A stretch of DNA of 64,000 bases from Polymyxa betae A26-41 (Eukaryota; Protista; Endomyxa: Phytomyxea). The position numbers and the translations under genes are program-made. The notes under the pieces are model-generated. The model worked only from the letters and a program-made list of their open reading frames with translations. It was not told the origin of the DNA and searched no databases. Shown here piece after piece: positions 50,321 through 61,648 of the stretch (position 1 is the first letter of the stretch; every line of letters begins with the position of its first letter). The DNA lies in assembly GCA_003693705.1 (NCBI GenBank), contig RBZT01000419.1, positions 1-64,000 on the forward strand. Reading direction: 5' to 3'.

Positions 50321-50693
50321 TTGGCGATCTCCGCATTCCGCAATCGAGTCACGATTTGAAAAGACGTTTCATTTTTGCAGCAAGTTCTAGCTCGTGATAC
50401 TTAGCTCACTTTCCCGGGTTGTTTGCTGTCGCCCTTTAAATCGACCTCGACCTAGTAACGGTAAGTCGATAGAGAAATCAACTCGCTAGAGCTAGCTGAT
50501 GTCATTGAACGCTCTGCGCTTTAAAAGCTTAACATCGCAGACTTGTAATTTCATCATGGTATTTCTTATCGCAGTAGGGGATATTGGCATTCTAGGCTGC
50601 TTTCAGATAGAGCCTTGATGTGAAAGTGTCATCTCGAGCGGATATTCGTTTCGCTTGGCGCTGTAACTGGCAACAAAGACTGAAACGTTTCAG

Positions 50694-51470
50694 ATGTTGA
50701 ATACCGGTTCAATTGGCAATCTGTTGCTGTTCACTCTAGGAGGATTCCTCGTCGTATTACTCTCGCGATTCTATCCAAATTCCGTTCGATTCTGCGACGA
50801 CGTTCCGAAACCTTATAAGCCGATCTATTGCGGCCAGACATTATCAGCTGGACACGATGCCGATACAGGAGAAATTCTCGTGGCAACCTCGTGGAGGTCA
50901 GCAGTCGAGCATCAACTCGGTGCCGTTGAGACGTGGCTAAATACGCAGCAGCCAATGTCGCTTCCCTATATTCAGGAGATGGTTCGTATCGCCATCGCTG
51001 CACGCCGGCCGCGAATTCTGGTGATGGGTCTAGGCGGCGGGGCGATGCCGTTCCTGCTGCATCGATTCTGTTCATATTGCAACGTCACCGCCGTCGACGT
51101 CGAGCTAGATGCACTGCAGATAGCACGACAGTTTGTACATGCTGATGATGGAGTTCGAACCATCTATATAAGAGATGATGCCTTTAAGTTTGCAGCTGCT
51201 GCCTCTGTCTCATCATTCGATGTGGTTATGGATGATGTTTACATTGGGTACTCCCGCCCTGAAACCGTGCAATCGCTGCAGTATTTGCAGATATTATATG
51301 AGATTCTGGCTCCTGGTGGACAGTATGTCGTGAATATTTGCACGCCGGTTAATCAACCAAGTCGTGCAGCAGATGTGTTGCAGAAGCAGTTAGAAGGAAT
51401 TTTCGATCGAGTGTCACAATTGATAGTTCCAAGGACACAAAATGTTATTGTAATCGCTTCGAAAGTATAA
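50694..51470 (+). CDS. Class I SAM-dependent methyltransferase (spermidine synthase-like/METTL13 C-domain-like) with N-terminal membrane anchor
   Basis: Motif I ILVMGLGGGAMP, motif II VTAVDVE, DDAFKF, FDVVMDD, LAPGGQYVVN; hydrophobic LLLFTLGGFLVVLL; intronless. Confidence 0.85.
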   Translation: MLNTGSIGNLLLFTLGGFLVVLLSRFYPNSVRFCDDVPKPYKPIYCGQTLSAGHDADTGEILVATSWRSAVEHQLGAVETWLNTQQPMSLPYIQEMVRIAIAARRPRILVMGLGGGAMPFLLHRFCSYCNVTAVDVELDALQIARQFVHADDGVRTIYIRDDAFKFAAAASVSSFDVVMDDVYIGYSRPETVQSLQYLQILYEILAPGGQYVVNICTPVNQPSRAADVLQKQLEGIFDRVSQLIVPRTQNVIVIASKV

Positions 51471-51532
51471 GAGCTGCCGTAAAATTGTTGACAAACCCTT
51501 TTACGCCGTCACGATGTTGATTATCAATAAAT

Positions 51533-52426
51533 CTATTGCTTTATGTTGTTCAGTATCCAAGTTACTCCCGCTTGTAATCCATCACCGGTTTTGGCTGAGC
51601 ATCCCTAATTGAGCAGTCATTAGATAAAAATCGATCAATATGATCCTCAAACCTGTATCTGCCACTGTCGATCTCGTAGTTGGTGAAGTAGCAGGGCCTC
51701 AGCGATCTCGAAGGCAGGCATGGCATTCAGCAAGTCTTGCTTATTGGCCAATACTAGAAGCGGGATGCCAAGCAGCTCTTCTTGTTCCAGAAGCGAATTC
51801 AGCCTGAACAAGAGTCACTAATCTCGCAAAACATCATCGTGATTTCCCAGTACTCGACACCAGTTTCTTCAATACGCCGACGGTCAGCGCTGTCGATAAC
51901 ATAAATCAAGGCATCGGTCGACTGGAAGTAATTTCTCCAATACGGCCTGATTGTCTTCTGCCCGCCAATATCCCACATGTTCAACTTGAACCCATCTTGA
52001 CTGATGGACCTAGGAGCACCACCATCAATCGCTATTCCAAGGACAGGAAGAAAACAGCAATGGCGAAGAGAAAACCCTAGCAAGTCCAAATAGTGAACAT
52101 GAGCCCCAGCCCAACCCCAGTCTAGACATGGGCCCAGTCTGGTTCAGGGTTGTGTGCCCACACGTAGCGCAGCCAATGCCATTCTCACAGATTGGAATCA
52201 GTCTGATTTGAAGGCGATAGAAGAGTGACAGCATCGTCAAAGGGTAATGAGAACGAAGGGTCACTCACTTGATATTGAACCCTTGCGTCGGCATGATCTG
52301 AGTAATTTCTTCGTCACTTAATCGTTTCAGACAGGATGTCTTGCCGGCGTTGTCTAACCCCAAGATCAGGACCCGGACCTCTTTGTTAGTCTTTTTCAGC
52401 TTCTTCAGCAGCGAGATCAACCCCAT
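51533..52426 (-). CDS. ARL3: ADP-ribosylation factor-like GTPase 3
   Basis: [61 protein letters not shown]; 3 introns. Confidence 0.95.
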
Positions 52427-52536
52427 CTTCGATAATGACAGGGCCAGATCGGTGCCGTACTCGACCACGACTGACTGCTCGTTTGATGATTCGTAATCCA
52501 ACAATAAAAGGGTTAGCCAAGCGCACAAGGATAGAT

Positions 52537-55161
52537 TTATTTCTTTTTATGGACCGTTTTCTTGTTTGACGATGCTTTAGACTTCTTCGCTTTCCGTTCG
52601 GAGGCTTTTCTTCCTCTTCGATCTGCCTTCATACGAGAATCGACCATTTTCAGACGGGCGCCTTTCTTCCTAGGTCCATCGAGGCCTTTTGCTCCCGTAC
52701 CCTTTCTATTTACAACATACTGCTTCTGGGTCTTCTTTTTCGTTTTTGCTGACGATTCGTATAACGACCCGAGCTTCTTGAATTTTTCCTTTTCAGGAAG
52801 CTCGCTATCAACGATGTGCTCTGCTTGAGACTTCACTTTCTCCCATCGTTTTACAGCAGCCATTTTCTTGCGTGCGCGAGCTTCGGCAATCTTCTTGATA
52901 GGGCGAGCATTAACCGCCTCTAGTCTTGCTTTCATCTCGTCGATGTCAGATTTCTTAACAGGCAGAATGGGGCGATTATGTTGGCGTTGGTCGTCCATGA
53001 ACCACGAAGGTAAATCCTTATCGTCCTGCCATGCGTAACGGTTATAGGATGCATCTTCGAGTTCTTGACGCCGCCTCTTTCGCAGCATTTGTTTTCCGAT
53101 GGCGAGAACTTCCGCTTCACAGTCTGTCGACATATCATCTTCACTATCAGATTCCTGAGCAGCAACAACCTCGAAGCCGCTTGCACAAGCAGAGGCATTA
53201 GCAGAGTTCGAACGGAGCATCAAATTCTTCTGTGGCACAGCGACTTGCTGATCGTCGCTGATAGCTCTCTCAGTTAATTTCATGGCCTCTTCTAGATCTT
53301 GCTCGACAGTATCTTCGACCTTGGTCTTACCAGCGTTCTTAGCACGAACCGGGATTGGGATGTCACTAATGCCTTCGAAGATGTCCCTGCTAAACCAGCG
53401 TTCCGCCTGTACTGATTTCTTCTCCGGTTTAGTTAAATGGGCCAAATCCACCTAACGCAGGATTTTGGTCAGAACGGTCAGCAATAATTGAACCGAAAGC
53501 AATACCTCTAAAGGATTATTGGCATCTTCGACGTCGTTTTCGTCTTGAGAGGACTCTTCTGCAGCTAAGTTCTCTTTGTATTCATCTTCCAAGAGCCCAA
53601 CAGCGGGTTTGCAGCGATCCACAATGCCACGCTTGCTCTTATACGATGAATATTGTTCTTCGAGTTGCTGGTCTAGATCGTCATAGCAATCGGACTCGTC
53701 ATCATCTTCGTGGTCGATGTGATGTTCAGTTCGTTCACCAGCATCACTGAAGATTTCAACATCGTCGTCGTCACCAGAGTCTTCAGGTGCTTCTCCAGCA
53801 TCGACAGCAACTAGATCGGATGCGTTCCTGATAGTCGCCATCGTGAACAACCCGTCTTGTTGGTCTTCATCGCCGTCGATTTCAACCATACCAAGCTGGC
53901 GCTGGCGAGCCTTCATCTTCTGTTCTTTTCGTTTTCGTTTATCTCGTTTTTCTTTGGCCAACTGAAGTTGTTTAAAGTCTTCCAGTTCTTTGTTTTCACG
54001 GACAATGCGGGTCTCGTCATCTTCCACCGGTTCACTCTCAGATTCGCTTTCCGGACTGGAAGGTTCGGCTTCTTTCGCTAGCCGGTTACAATGGGCTTTC
54101 AATGTTCGACGCCATTGAAGCAGAGCTTTAAAGTCCTTGCGGCCGAGGACTTTCAAATCCGAACACGCCTCAATGATATCATCAGTGGTGGCAGAATGCG
54201 ATTTTAAGCGAAGTTCATCTTCAGTTGTGAATGTGATGTCGTTGTAATGGGCAAGAATCTCAGCCGGCGCTTCTGCATCCAGGAATTGAGCAAGAGGCAG
54301 CGATTTATGCAGAAGCATGACGCCATCTTCGTAACCGTCACGATGACGCTTCTGCTTGTTTGGGGCGTCGCGAAGAACGTTTACAGTGGCTTGACCTTGT
54401 TCGACGTTCTTAAAGACGTGCTCAGGGTCGAACAAACGTGGGTCGGTTTTGTCTGGCGCTTTAAAACCTTGACAAACGAAGTAGATTTCAGCCGAGGTTC
54501 CACCTAAAAGGATAATTAGCACCGAATGCAAGCGACGGTGGAAATTTAGAGAAAACTGAGAAAATGCAGCTAAATAACGGCGAAAGGTGGTTCACGTACG
54601 GGAGGCGCTGGGCTTCGTCACATCGACACGATTGAACAATTGTCGACATACCCAAAGAAGACTATTGGAGTCCTGGGATCGGAACACCTTCGTAACAAAT
54701 ATGCCGCCAGCTCTGAGAAATTCAACGGCAAGCTTGAGAGCGGCCAATGATAGCTCAGCCTGGCCATAAGCATCTTTTGTCCAAGCACCACCAACATTGG
54801 GTGAACCGTCATTCAGGACCACATCAGCCTGCCAATGCTGTAGGGCAGATTTGATCTGCGAACGACAGGCCGCAGTCGTGATATCTTGCTGGAAGGTTTG
54901 GACATTGGGAATGGGTTTGATCGGGTCCAGATCGACACCAACAATCAAGCTGGAGACGGGCATATACTTGGCGGCGACCTGAAGCCAACCACCTGGGGCA
55001 GCACAGAGATCAATCAGAGCTTTGGCCGATGACAAGAAGCCATATTTGCGATCGAGTTGAACTAATTTGAAGGCGGCTCGTGAACGGAAGCCCTGCTCTT
55101 TGGCCAAATGATAGAACTTATCTAGACGGGTTTTACCCGTGATCTTCGACTTCTTGGGCAT
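52537..55161 (-). CDS. FTSJ3: Spb1/FTSJ3 pre-rRNA 2'-O-methyltransferase
   Basis: [52 protein letters not shown]|SAEIY, C-terminal [24 protein letters not shown]. Confidence 0.97.
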
Positions 55162-55776
55162 CGTTTCTCGTCGGATGAAGGGAGAACCTCAACCGAAATT
55201 TTGGCAGCTTTTTCGGACTCGGACTCCGCCACGCAGTGCAGCCACGGACTTCATTTTTAACAACATTTTTAAAATATGGCATTTTTTCACAGCAAAAGCC
55301 TACCAACACTACAATGTTCATCAAAAGACAAAAAACTTTATTCTGAATGGCTTATACGAACAGCGGATTCAAATACAATAACTGAAAACGCATTGGGTTT
55401 AAAAATAACAAGAAGCATACACATAACGCCTGTTAACGAAGTTTGTGACAATGTGGAATGCAATATCCAAGCAAAAGCGACGCTTGCACTTGGATGCCTC
55501 TGCATCCAAGCTCGCTTTCGGTAAAGACTCACTACACGGTTTGTATATTTAAACGTCCTATTTGTCGATTGCCACCGTCAACGGTCAATGCCCATGACTA
55601 AGGTGGGACCGACCAAAGATGCTCCAGACAAATCGTCGACAGTAGAGCGTAAGAACTCCAGTGTAGGTTGCGATGTAATGATTGTCGAGAGAGGTTGCGC
55701 CGCTTCCTCTCCTCGCTCAGACTGTTGTCTCTGTAATATCAGATTATTGACGTGATTCTTCAACCCTGCCGACGAG

Positions 55777-57358
55777 ATGGAAGTCGAAGCACGCGATGTG
55801 ATTCGCTTTCAACTCGTTCGTGACGCATCCGAATTAGAACGCGGCCGATCGTCGGGCAGAACGCGATTTGAATTCGGTCCGGATTACGTCCACCAAATCT
55901 TCGACGAGGAAAAGATTCGCGGTCATGGTCGGTATTGAAAACGTCGCAATCGGGTTTCTGAATTCGGTTTAGAGAGCCCTGTTCTGACTATGAGATTCAC
56001 GGTATGAAATATGTTCTGTTCATATGTGATATGTCCATGCTGCTTTGCCGCAGTTTACTTTCATTTGAAGTCATTCTTCCATCTTGTACTTTGATGGTCC
56101 CATCTGGTTTATAATCGTCTATCCAGGCGCATTCCTTATTCTTGTACGGCCCCGAATTGATATCTATCAGACCAACTGCAGATGCCGATGATGTCATTGC
56201 GAAACTGAAGCCGTTTTTACCCGAGCAAGATGATTGCCGTACTGACGATCTCGATGTTTTCAAAAAGGTGCTTATTCCTGGCATTATCGTGTCTTGTCTT
56301 ATATTCTTTTGTCTGTAGAAACTGACACAGCCATTCCCTCCTCTCGGAAAAATGATTTCTAAATATTTTGTAACGGAAAAGCAAAATGAAGATCCTGTAG
56401 AATTCCAAATCAGAAAGGTTTTCTGTTTCGTAGTGCCCCGCTGTTGCCTAAATCGGTGTTGCTTTAGGCAGATTTCTCCATGAAAGGTGTCAGGAAATTC
56501 CATCAACGTCTGCGGTTTTTTGCCACATGCTTTATTGAAACGGCATCGTTTATTGACGATACTGATGAGAAGTGGTCATTGCTTTTGCTTTATCGAAGGA
56601 GGCAGCCTGATGAATCGCCCAATCATTCTCGATTCCTTGACGTCGCTGGCTACGTCACACTCTATTCATTTTGTATGGTAGTTTCTGAAGGTCGTCGTTG
56701 TTTCTGATCTGAACAATTTTAGTTTCCCATCCGAAAGGTGAACGACTGCGGCTTAGTCAGATTGTTATCTTGCCACCATATCAACGATATGGACATGGGC
56801 GCCAGTTATTGGAGGCTGTTTATAAAGAGGCTGTCGAAAGAAATAGTTTCGAAGTCACAGTTGAGGTAATCTGTATCTCGAATTGATGATTCACGAATCT
56901 CAATCTTTGAATAGGATCCAGCACCTGTATTTCAAAAGCTGAGGGATGAGACTGACTTGAGACGAGTTTTGGAGATGAACTACTTCCAGGATGATACATC
57001 TAATGATCATACATCACCTACCAGGAAACGGAGAAGGCCCTCTTTATCGACCCAACATTTGCATAAATGGGATGGCTCCTATGCTGCTGAAATCCGGCAG
57101 GCACTAAAGCTTACTTTGGCGCAGATCAGGCGCGTGTATGAGATGCTTAAACTACATCTGCTGTTAGAAAATGGAGACGATAACGCCTGGACAGAATTCA
57201 GGCTAGAAGTAAAGCGGCGTCTACAGAAAGAACATATTGGCAGTACTCGCCCAAATGCCGACGAAAGGAAGAGGCTATTGGCGACATTATATGATGAGCT
57301 AATTGAAATGTATACTCCCATTGTTAATAAGGTTTTCAGTAAACTTGTCCATGATTGA
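55777..57358 (+). CDS. HAT1: Histone acetyltransferase type B catalytic subunit
   Basis: YVHQIFDEEKIRG, FHQRL..FIETASFIDDTDEKW, RLRLSQIVILPPYQRYGHG, EVTVE|DPAPVFQKLRD; start may lie further upstream. Confidence 0.93.
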
Positions 57359-57895
57359 TCTCGATTTCGGTATGCCTCCTTTGCCGTCAATTCGAGTCTG
57401 AGGTCATCTTTGGCAAAACATCGCCCGGCAAGTCGAGGATTCCAATCGAAAATTGATCGCTGATCTGATATCGGATTCGACTCGATACCCGCTAGTCAGC
57501 AACCAAAGGCGTCTGCAAGCACTTCATCCATGACTGCATCTAGGGGGTGAATGGCGAACCCCTAATCAGTCCATTCCCTATAGTGGTGCTGCAACATCGA
57601 CTGTTCCTAATCTATACTTAAGTCGATATCGCACAGCCAGCCACATCCGGCGTCTTTTGTGCCGAATTCCTCCCCCGAGGAAAATGATTGAGGGTGACAT
57701 AGTGCGGTATTAAGCGATATGAAAAGAGCCATGTGCGCAATCACTACTGCAAAGGAGGCTACATCGTAACATAGACACACATACAGAAACACGAGATCCC
57801 CGTCCAATCTTGCCATCCCGGTCCCCGTCCGTCGTGCTGGACCCGTCACACACACGTTCTGCTTCAGGCGCTGAAGTTTGTTTCCGAGCGCCCCA

Positions 57896-58768
57896 ATGTC
57901 GTCGTCGCAGCAATGGGCGGGACTGTCGAAGCCGCAATCGTCAAGGAAATCGTTGGGGCGGCATCGCGGCCAGAAACTGCCTGGGACGCCCTTCTTCCAG
58001 GTCGATTCCGTCGTGTCTCTGGACCGTATCGACCATCCCAAACCTAAGGTCGTTCGGCGTCGGTCGCGCAAATCCACAGCCAAAGAGAATCGGCAATCAG
58101 ATTCGAATACGCTGTCAGTAGGCGCTGAGTTCTCGACTCTATCAGCGTCGGAAGGAGAGAAGCTGTCGACCGATCCGCGAACAGAGAAGACCACGCTGAC
58201 CACGTTCGGGGAGAGTTCGGTGTCGTACGCATCGGACGACCAGAGCACGCAACAGTTCCTGGCGAACGCCGGCCTGGACCAGCACGCCGACGATACGGTC
58301 ATCGGGCAAACCATCACGTACATCTCGGGCGAAGACGCGGTCGTCGGCGACGTTGTCGCGGCCGAAGACGATTTCCAATCGGGGCTCAGTCTCAGCTATT
58401 CGTCAACGCTGAACTGCAAGATCCACGAGGCCAGCACGGCCGACACGATCGTGAATGACGATGGCGGATCGTCGTCGTATCTGGAGTTCAGCAGTTCGAT
58501 GTGCCAGTTCCGGAAGGGCCAGTTCGTCGATGTTCCGATTCCGGAGAACGCCCCGATTCCAGAGAAGTATCCGGCGTTGCCCATGGTCCAGCTCAGCAAT
58601 GTGATACCGGCTCTGGACAGCCCGATGGTGCCCAAGTCGAATCTGATGCAGCCGCTACTGACATCGACGGAAAGCGATCGGGAGCCGGATGCTGATAGAG
58701 ATGGACAACAGAGGGCAGAATGGAGTCCATGGTCATGGATATTCTGCTGCTTTCCAACACGATCTTAA
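57896..58768 (+). CDS. Hypothetical S/T/D-rich, largely disordered protein
   Basis: Intronless ~290-codon ORF with GC3-rich codons; ends WSPWSWIFCCFPTRS. Confidence 0.7.
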   Translation: MSSSQQWAGLSKPQSSRKSLGRHRGQKLPGTPFFQVDSVVSLDRIDHPKPKVVRRRSRKSTAKENRQSDSNTLSVGAEFSTLSASEGEKLSTDPRTEKTTLTTFGESSVSYASDDQSTQQFLANAGLDQHADDTVIGQTITYISGEDAVVGDVVAAEDDFQSGLSLSYSSTLNCKIHEASTADTIVNDDGGSSSYLEFSSSMCQFRKGQFVDVPIPENAPIPEKYPALPMVQLSNVIPALDSPMVPKSNLMQPLLTSTESDREPDADRDGQQRAEWSPWSWIFCCFPTRS

Positions 58769-60725
58769 ACAATCAATCAATAATCGCTAATATCATAGAC
58801 ACTGCTCTGCATTTATGCTGTTAAATCTGGATCGGGGTCGCTCCAACTCTATATACAAAATGTTCGTATAACGTTCTTGTACAGAGTTGGTCTCATTATG
58901 AATACCGGGTCCGAATCCATAACCTAGAATTTCTTCCACCAAATTTCTGTATACTGTTCATGAGGACTAATTAGATGGTTTCTTCAATTGTGTTTTGAGA
59001 TTGAGCGCTCTCTGTAAGCTTCTTTTAGCAGATAGAATTTATTTATGCATTTAAACCGCCTATTTCTATTTAGAGATACGATGGTTGTTTATCTTTACAA
59101 AAAATCACGAACATTTTATTCAAGATTTGTTAAAAGATTCACTAACGGTAAGTTGTGATGGGAATCACAATATGAAGATTTCAGTAATGCTTCGAGATTT
59201 GATCTGTCTCATAGTTCAGGTGTTTGTTCACCTGGAAGGCCTGGCTTTGGTCCTGGATCAGGAATTCCTTTCGAATTGTGCGAATGGAAGGAACAAGATG
59301 CGCCTTCACATTCATCCCCGTTCTTGTTGCTAATTGTATTACGTATTACACAACAAGGATTGGAGCTGAAATGCACAATCCAGCCATCTTGGAAGCCATT
59401 ACAAACTGCATACAATGTGAAATGAGAACGTATACTGGCTGCATGAAATCTACTCCCATACCCCTACTACATTCCTCAAGATTCTTCAGTTAACCGATAA
59501 AAATCAGAACAGACACAACCATGGTGATTCTTACAGCCATTTCGCGTAGCAATTTAATAGAGAACGATTCGAAAAGTCTCGAAGTCATCTGTAGGGCTGA
59601 TATACGACCATCATTCGTGGGCTGAATTATCTCCGAAATATTAAGTAGGAGAACCAGGACCTCGGTTCAGGCCCCATTGTGGCGCCCACTCTGCCGAAAG
59701 CTGCGAACTAATAGTGCAATCCATTTGTAGGCCCATTTATTACCTTTTCCGTAGCCAATGCCATTTACCCGGCTGTTAAATTCACGAATTTCTGTGATTT
59801 TTGTGAAGATGGTGGAGACATTGATCGCAGACGAAGGTTATGTCAGATCCCTTCATGGTTACAGTCTCGATTTGGTCACGCGGTCCTTCACTCATCGTCA
59901 TCCGCCATTCTGTTTTTTTTCTGTGGAGGAACTGCAATCTGAGAATCTGTTCGTGACGTTTGCCAGCCAAGGCGTTGTTTGGAGCAGGGAGTTCGAAACA
60001 CGCACCGCGCTGAAGTTCGTTGTTGATGAGGGCCTCGGGCTAGGCACGATCTCCAATGGTAGGCTTAGTACTTTGACTATCGGTAATCTGAAGTTGCAAA
60101 GATCTGACGGGTGTCGTGGAAATCTGCATCGGACAGGTCAATGATTTTCCGAATGCCCAAGCTGCTTCTCCTCCTGCTCACTGTTTCATCGGAGGAGCCT
60201 TGTTCAACGACGTCGCTAGGCAGTGGATGTTTGTTTATCCAGCCGGCTGTGGTAAGAGAACTTAAATATCCAGAACACTTTAAATGAGTTGATGCAGCTA
60301 GAGATGCCAGGATCGATGTCTTTGTCATTCAAAGGGGAGACATGCAGACGCTAGGCTCAGAAAGGATCGAAGTCGTTATCGATCATGCTCCTGTTCATTT
60401 AATTCTTTCCGACGGAACTGCAATCATGATGGCAGTCAAGCATCGTAGACCGCGCTCAATTTTGCGAACAGATTCGAGAACATTCGCAGATGTTGTTCGC
60501 AGAGGACAACGTGTCCGATTCGGCTGACTCTCTGTTTATAAAGAAATATGTGTTTGTTTCTTATAAATAGCTTAGGTAGTAAATGGATGTACAATCAGGT
60601 ATCAGAACACAGCTCGTATCACCATACATGTCCTCGCTGGGCCCAATCCCATAATGTATCCCTGAATTGTAGGAATACTGGACCGCGACCTATTTGCCGG
60701 GTCACGAAATTATGCATTGAAAATA

Positions 60726-61437
60726 TGGTTGGATTTGAATGGATTATTCTAGTTCGTTGATCTTGGTCAACAGGCGGCGCTCTACCCGAAACGCAAGGCT
60801 GATAGTACTCAGGCGTCTGGCCATAATATCTGTATTTTGCCTTCTATTAGAACTGTTCTATCTGGGTGTAGCCATTAAATTGGCTGCGCTTAATATTCGC
60901 TTTCAGATAATTCTGCAGTCTGATTTTTTCACGTTTCTTAAACCTTAACTTGTATGAGGATGTGAATGGGTCATGATCTACATCCCAATCCCCAGACTCG
61001 GCGGCCTCTTTTGCCAGTTCACTTTGTGCAATTTGTTCTTCTGTATGACTCGGGACGAAGTGTATTTCTACTTCGTTCAGATTTGTTAGTTCTGCTAACT
61101 GTTTCGCGACATCTTTCACGACTACGTTTATATATTTATATTTGAAAGGGAGCGTGGCTAACTGCTGTATGCATGAAAGTGAGTCTGTGAATAGGTGGAT
61201 CTGTCGTTTTGATAAGTTAAGTGGCAGTAATGTATCTAGGCCTGTTTGTATGGCTATTATTTCAGCTTCATAACTCGATACAGCGTTTTCTATTTGTAAA
61301 GTTTTTTTGATGGGGTGTTCCAAGATCTCATCATGGTCTTCCCAATTTGAAATGTGAACTATCGCAGCTGCTCTGGTTAGAACAACTTCTTCGCCGTTCC
61401 CGCGTCTATGTCGGGTTGAAGATATGGTGATCACACC
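60726..61437 (-). mobile_element. 5'-truncated, degenerate non-LTR retrotransposon (RNase H domain plus 3' tail)
   Basis: RNase H motifs SSYEAEIIAIQTGL, IHLFTDSLSCI, IHFVPSH, ELAKEAA (NExAD segment damaged); AT-rich; followed by the conserved tail and degenerate (AATCC)n; a (GT)n tract at ~61438-61450 marks the other junction. Confidence 0.85.
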
Positions 61438-61648
61438 TGTGTGTGTGTGTTGTTCAGGCGTTTAAATCAGTTCGAAACATGATAAGCGATTATTGGTCGC
61501 TGTCAAGACTATATCATAGCCGATCCCGATCCGTCTCCGAGCCATGTTCCCCGAATTTCTGGAATCTCGACACCCTCCGAAACGGCGGGAAATATCTCGA
61601 TCATGAAACTAGTGGCGTGCAGTCCCACTGTTTTTCGTCACAGACAGA

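Noticed and set aside
47206-55161. WDR6 + methyltransferase + FTSJ3 as a functional RNA-methylation cluster
   Set aside because: The established partner of Trm734/WDR6 is Trm7/FTSJ1; the gene here has Spb1-specific C-terminal domains, so adjacency is probably chance.
55997-58323. Minus-strand ORFs of 169 aa (55997-56506) and 238 aa (57607-58323)
   Set aside because: Antisense to HAT1 and to the GC3-biased 57896 ORF.
60773-60813. Hammerhead or HDV-like ribozyme in the repeated motif (GAAAC..CTGATAG)
   Set aside because: The core is not conserved in the other two copies and the required stems cannot be drawn; its position 3' of RNase H fits a LINE tail.
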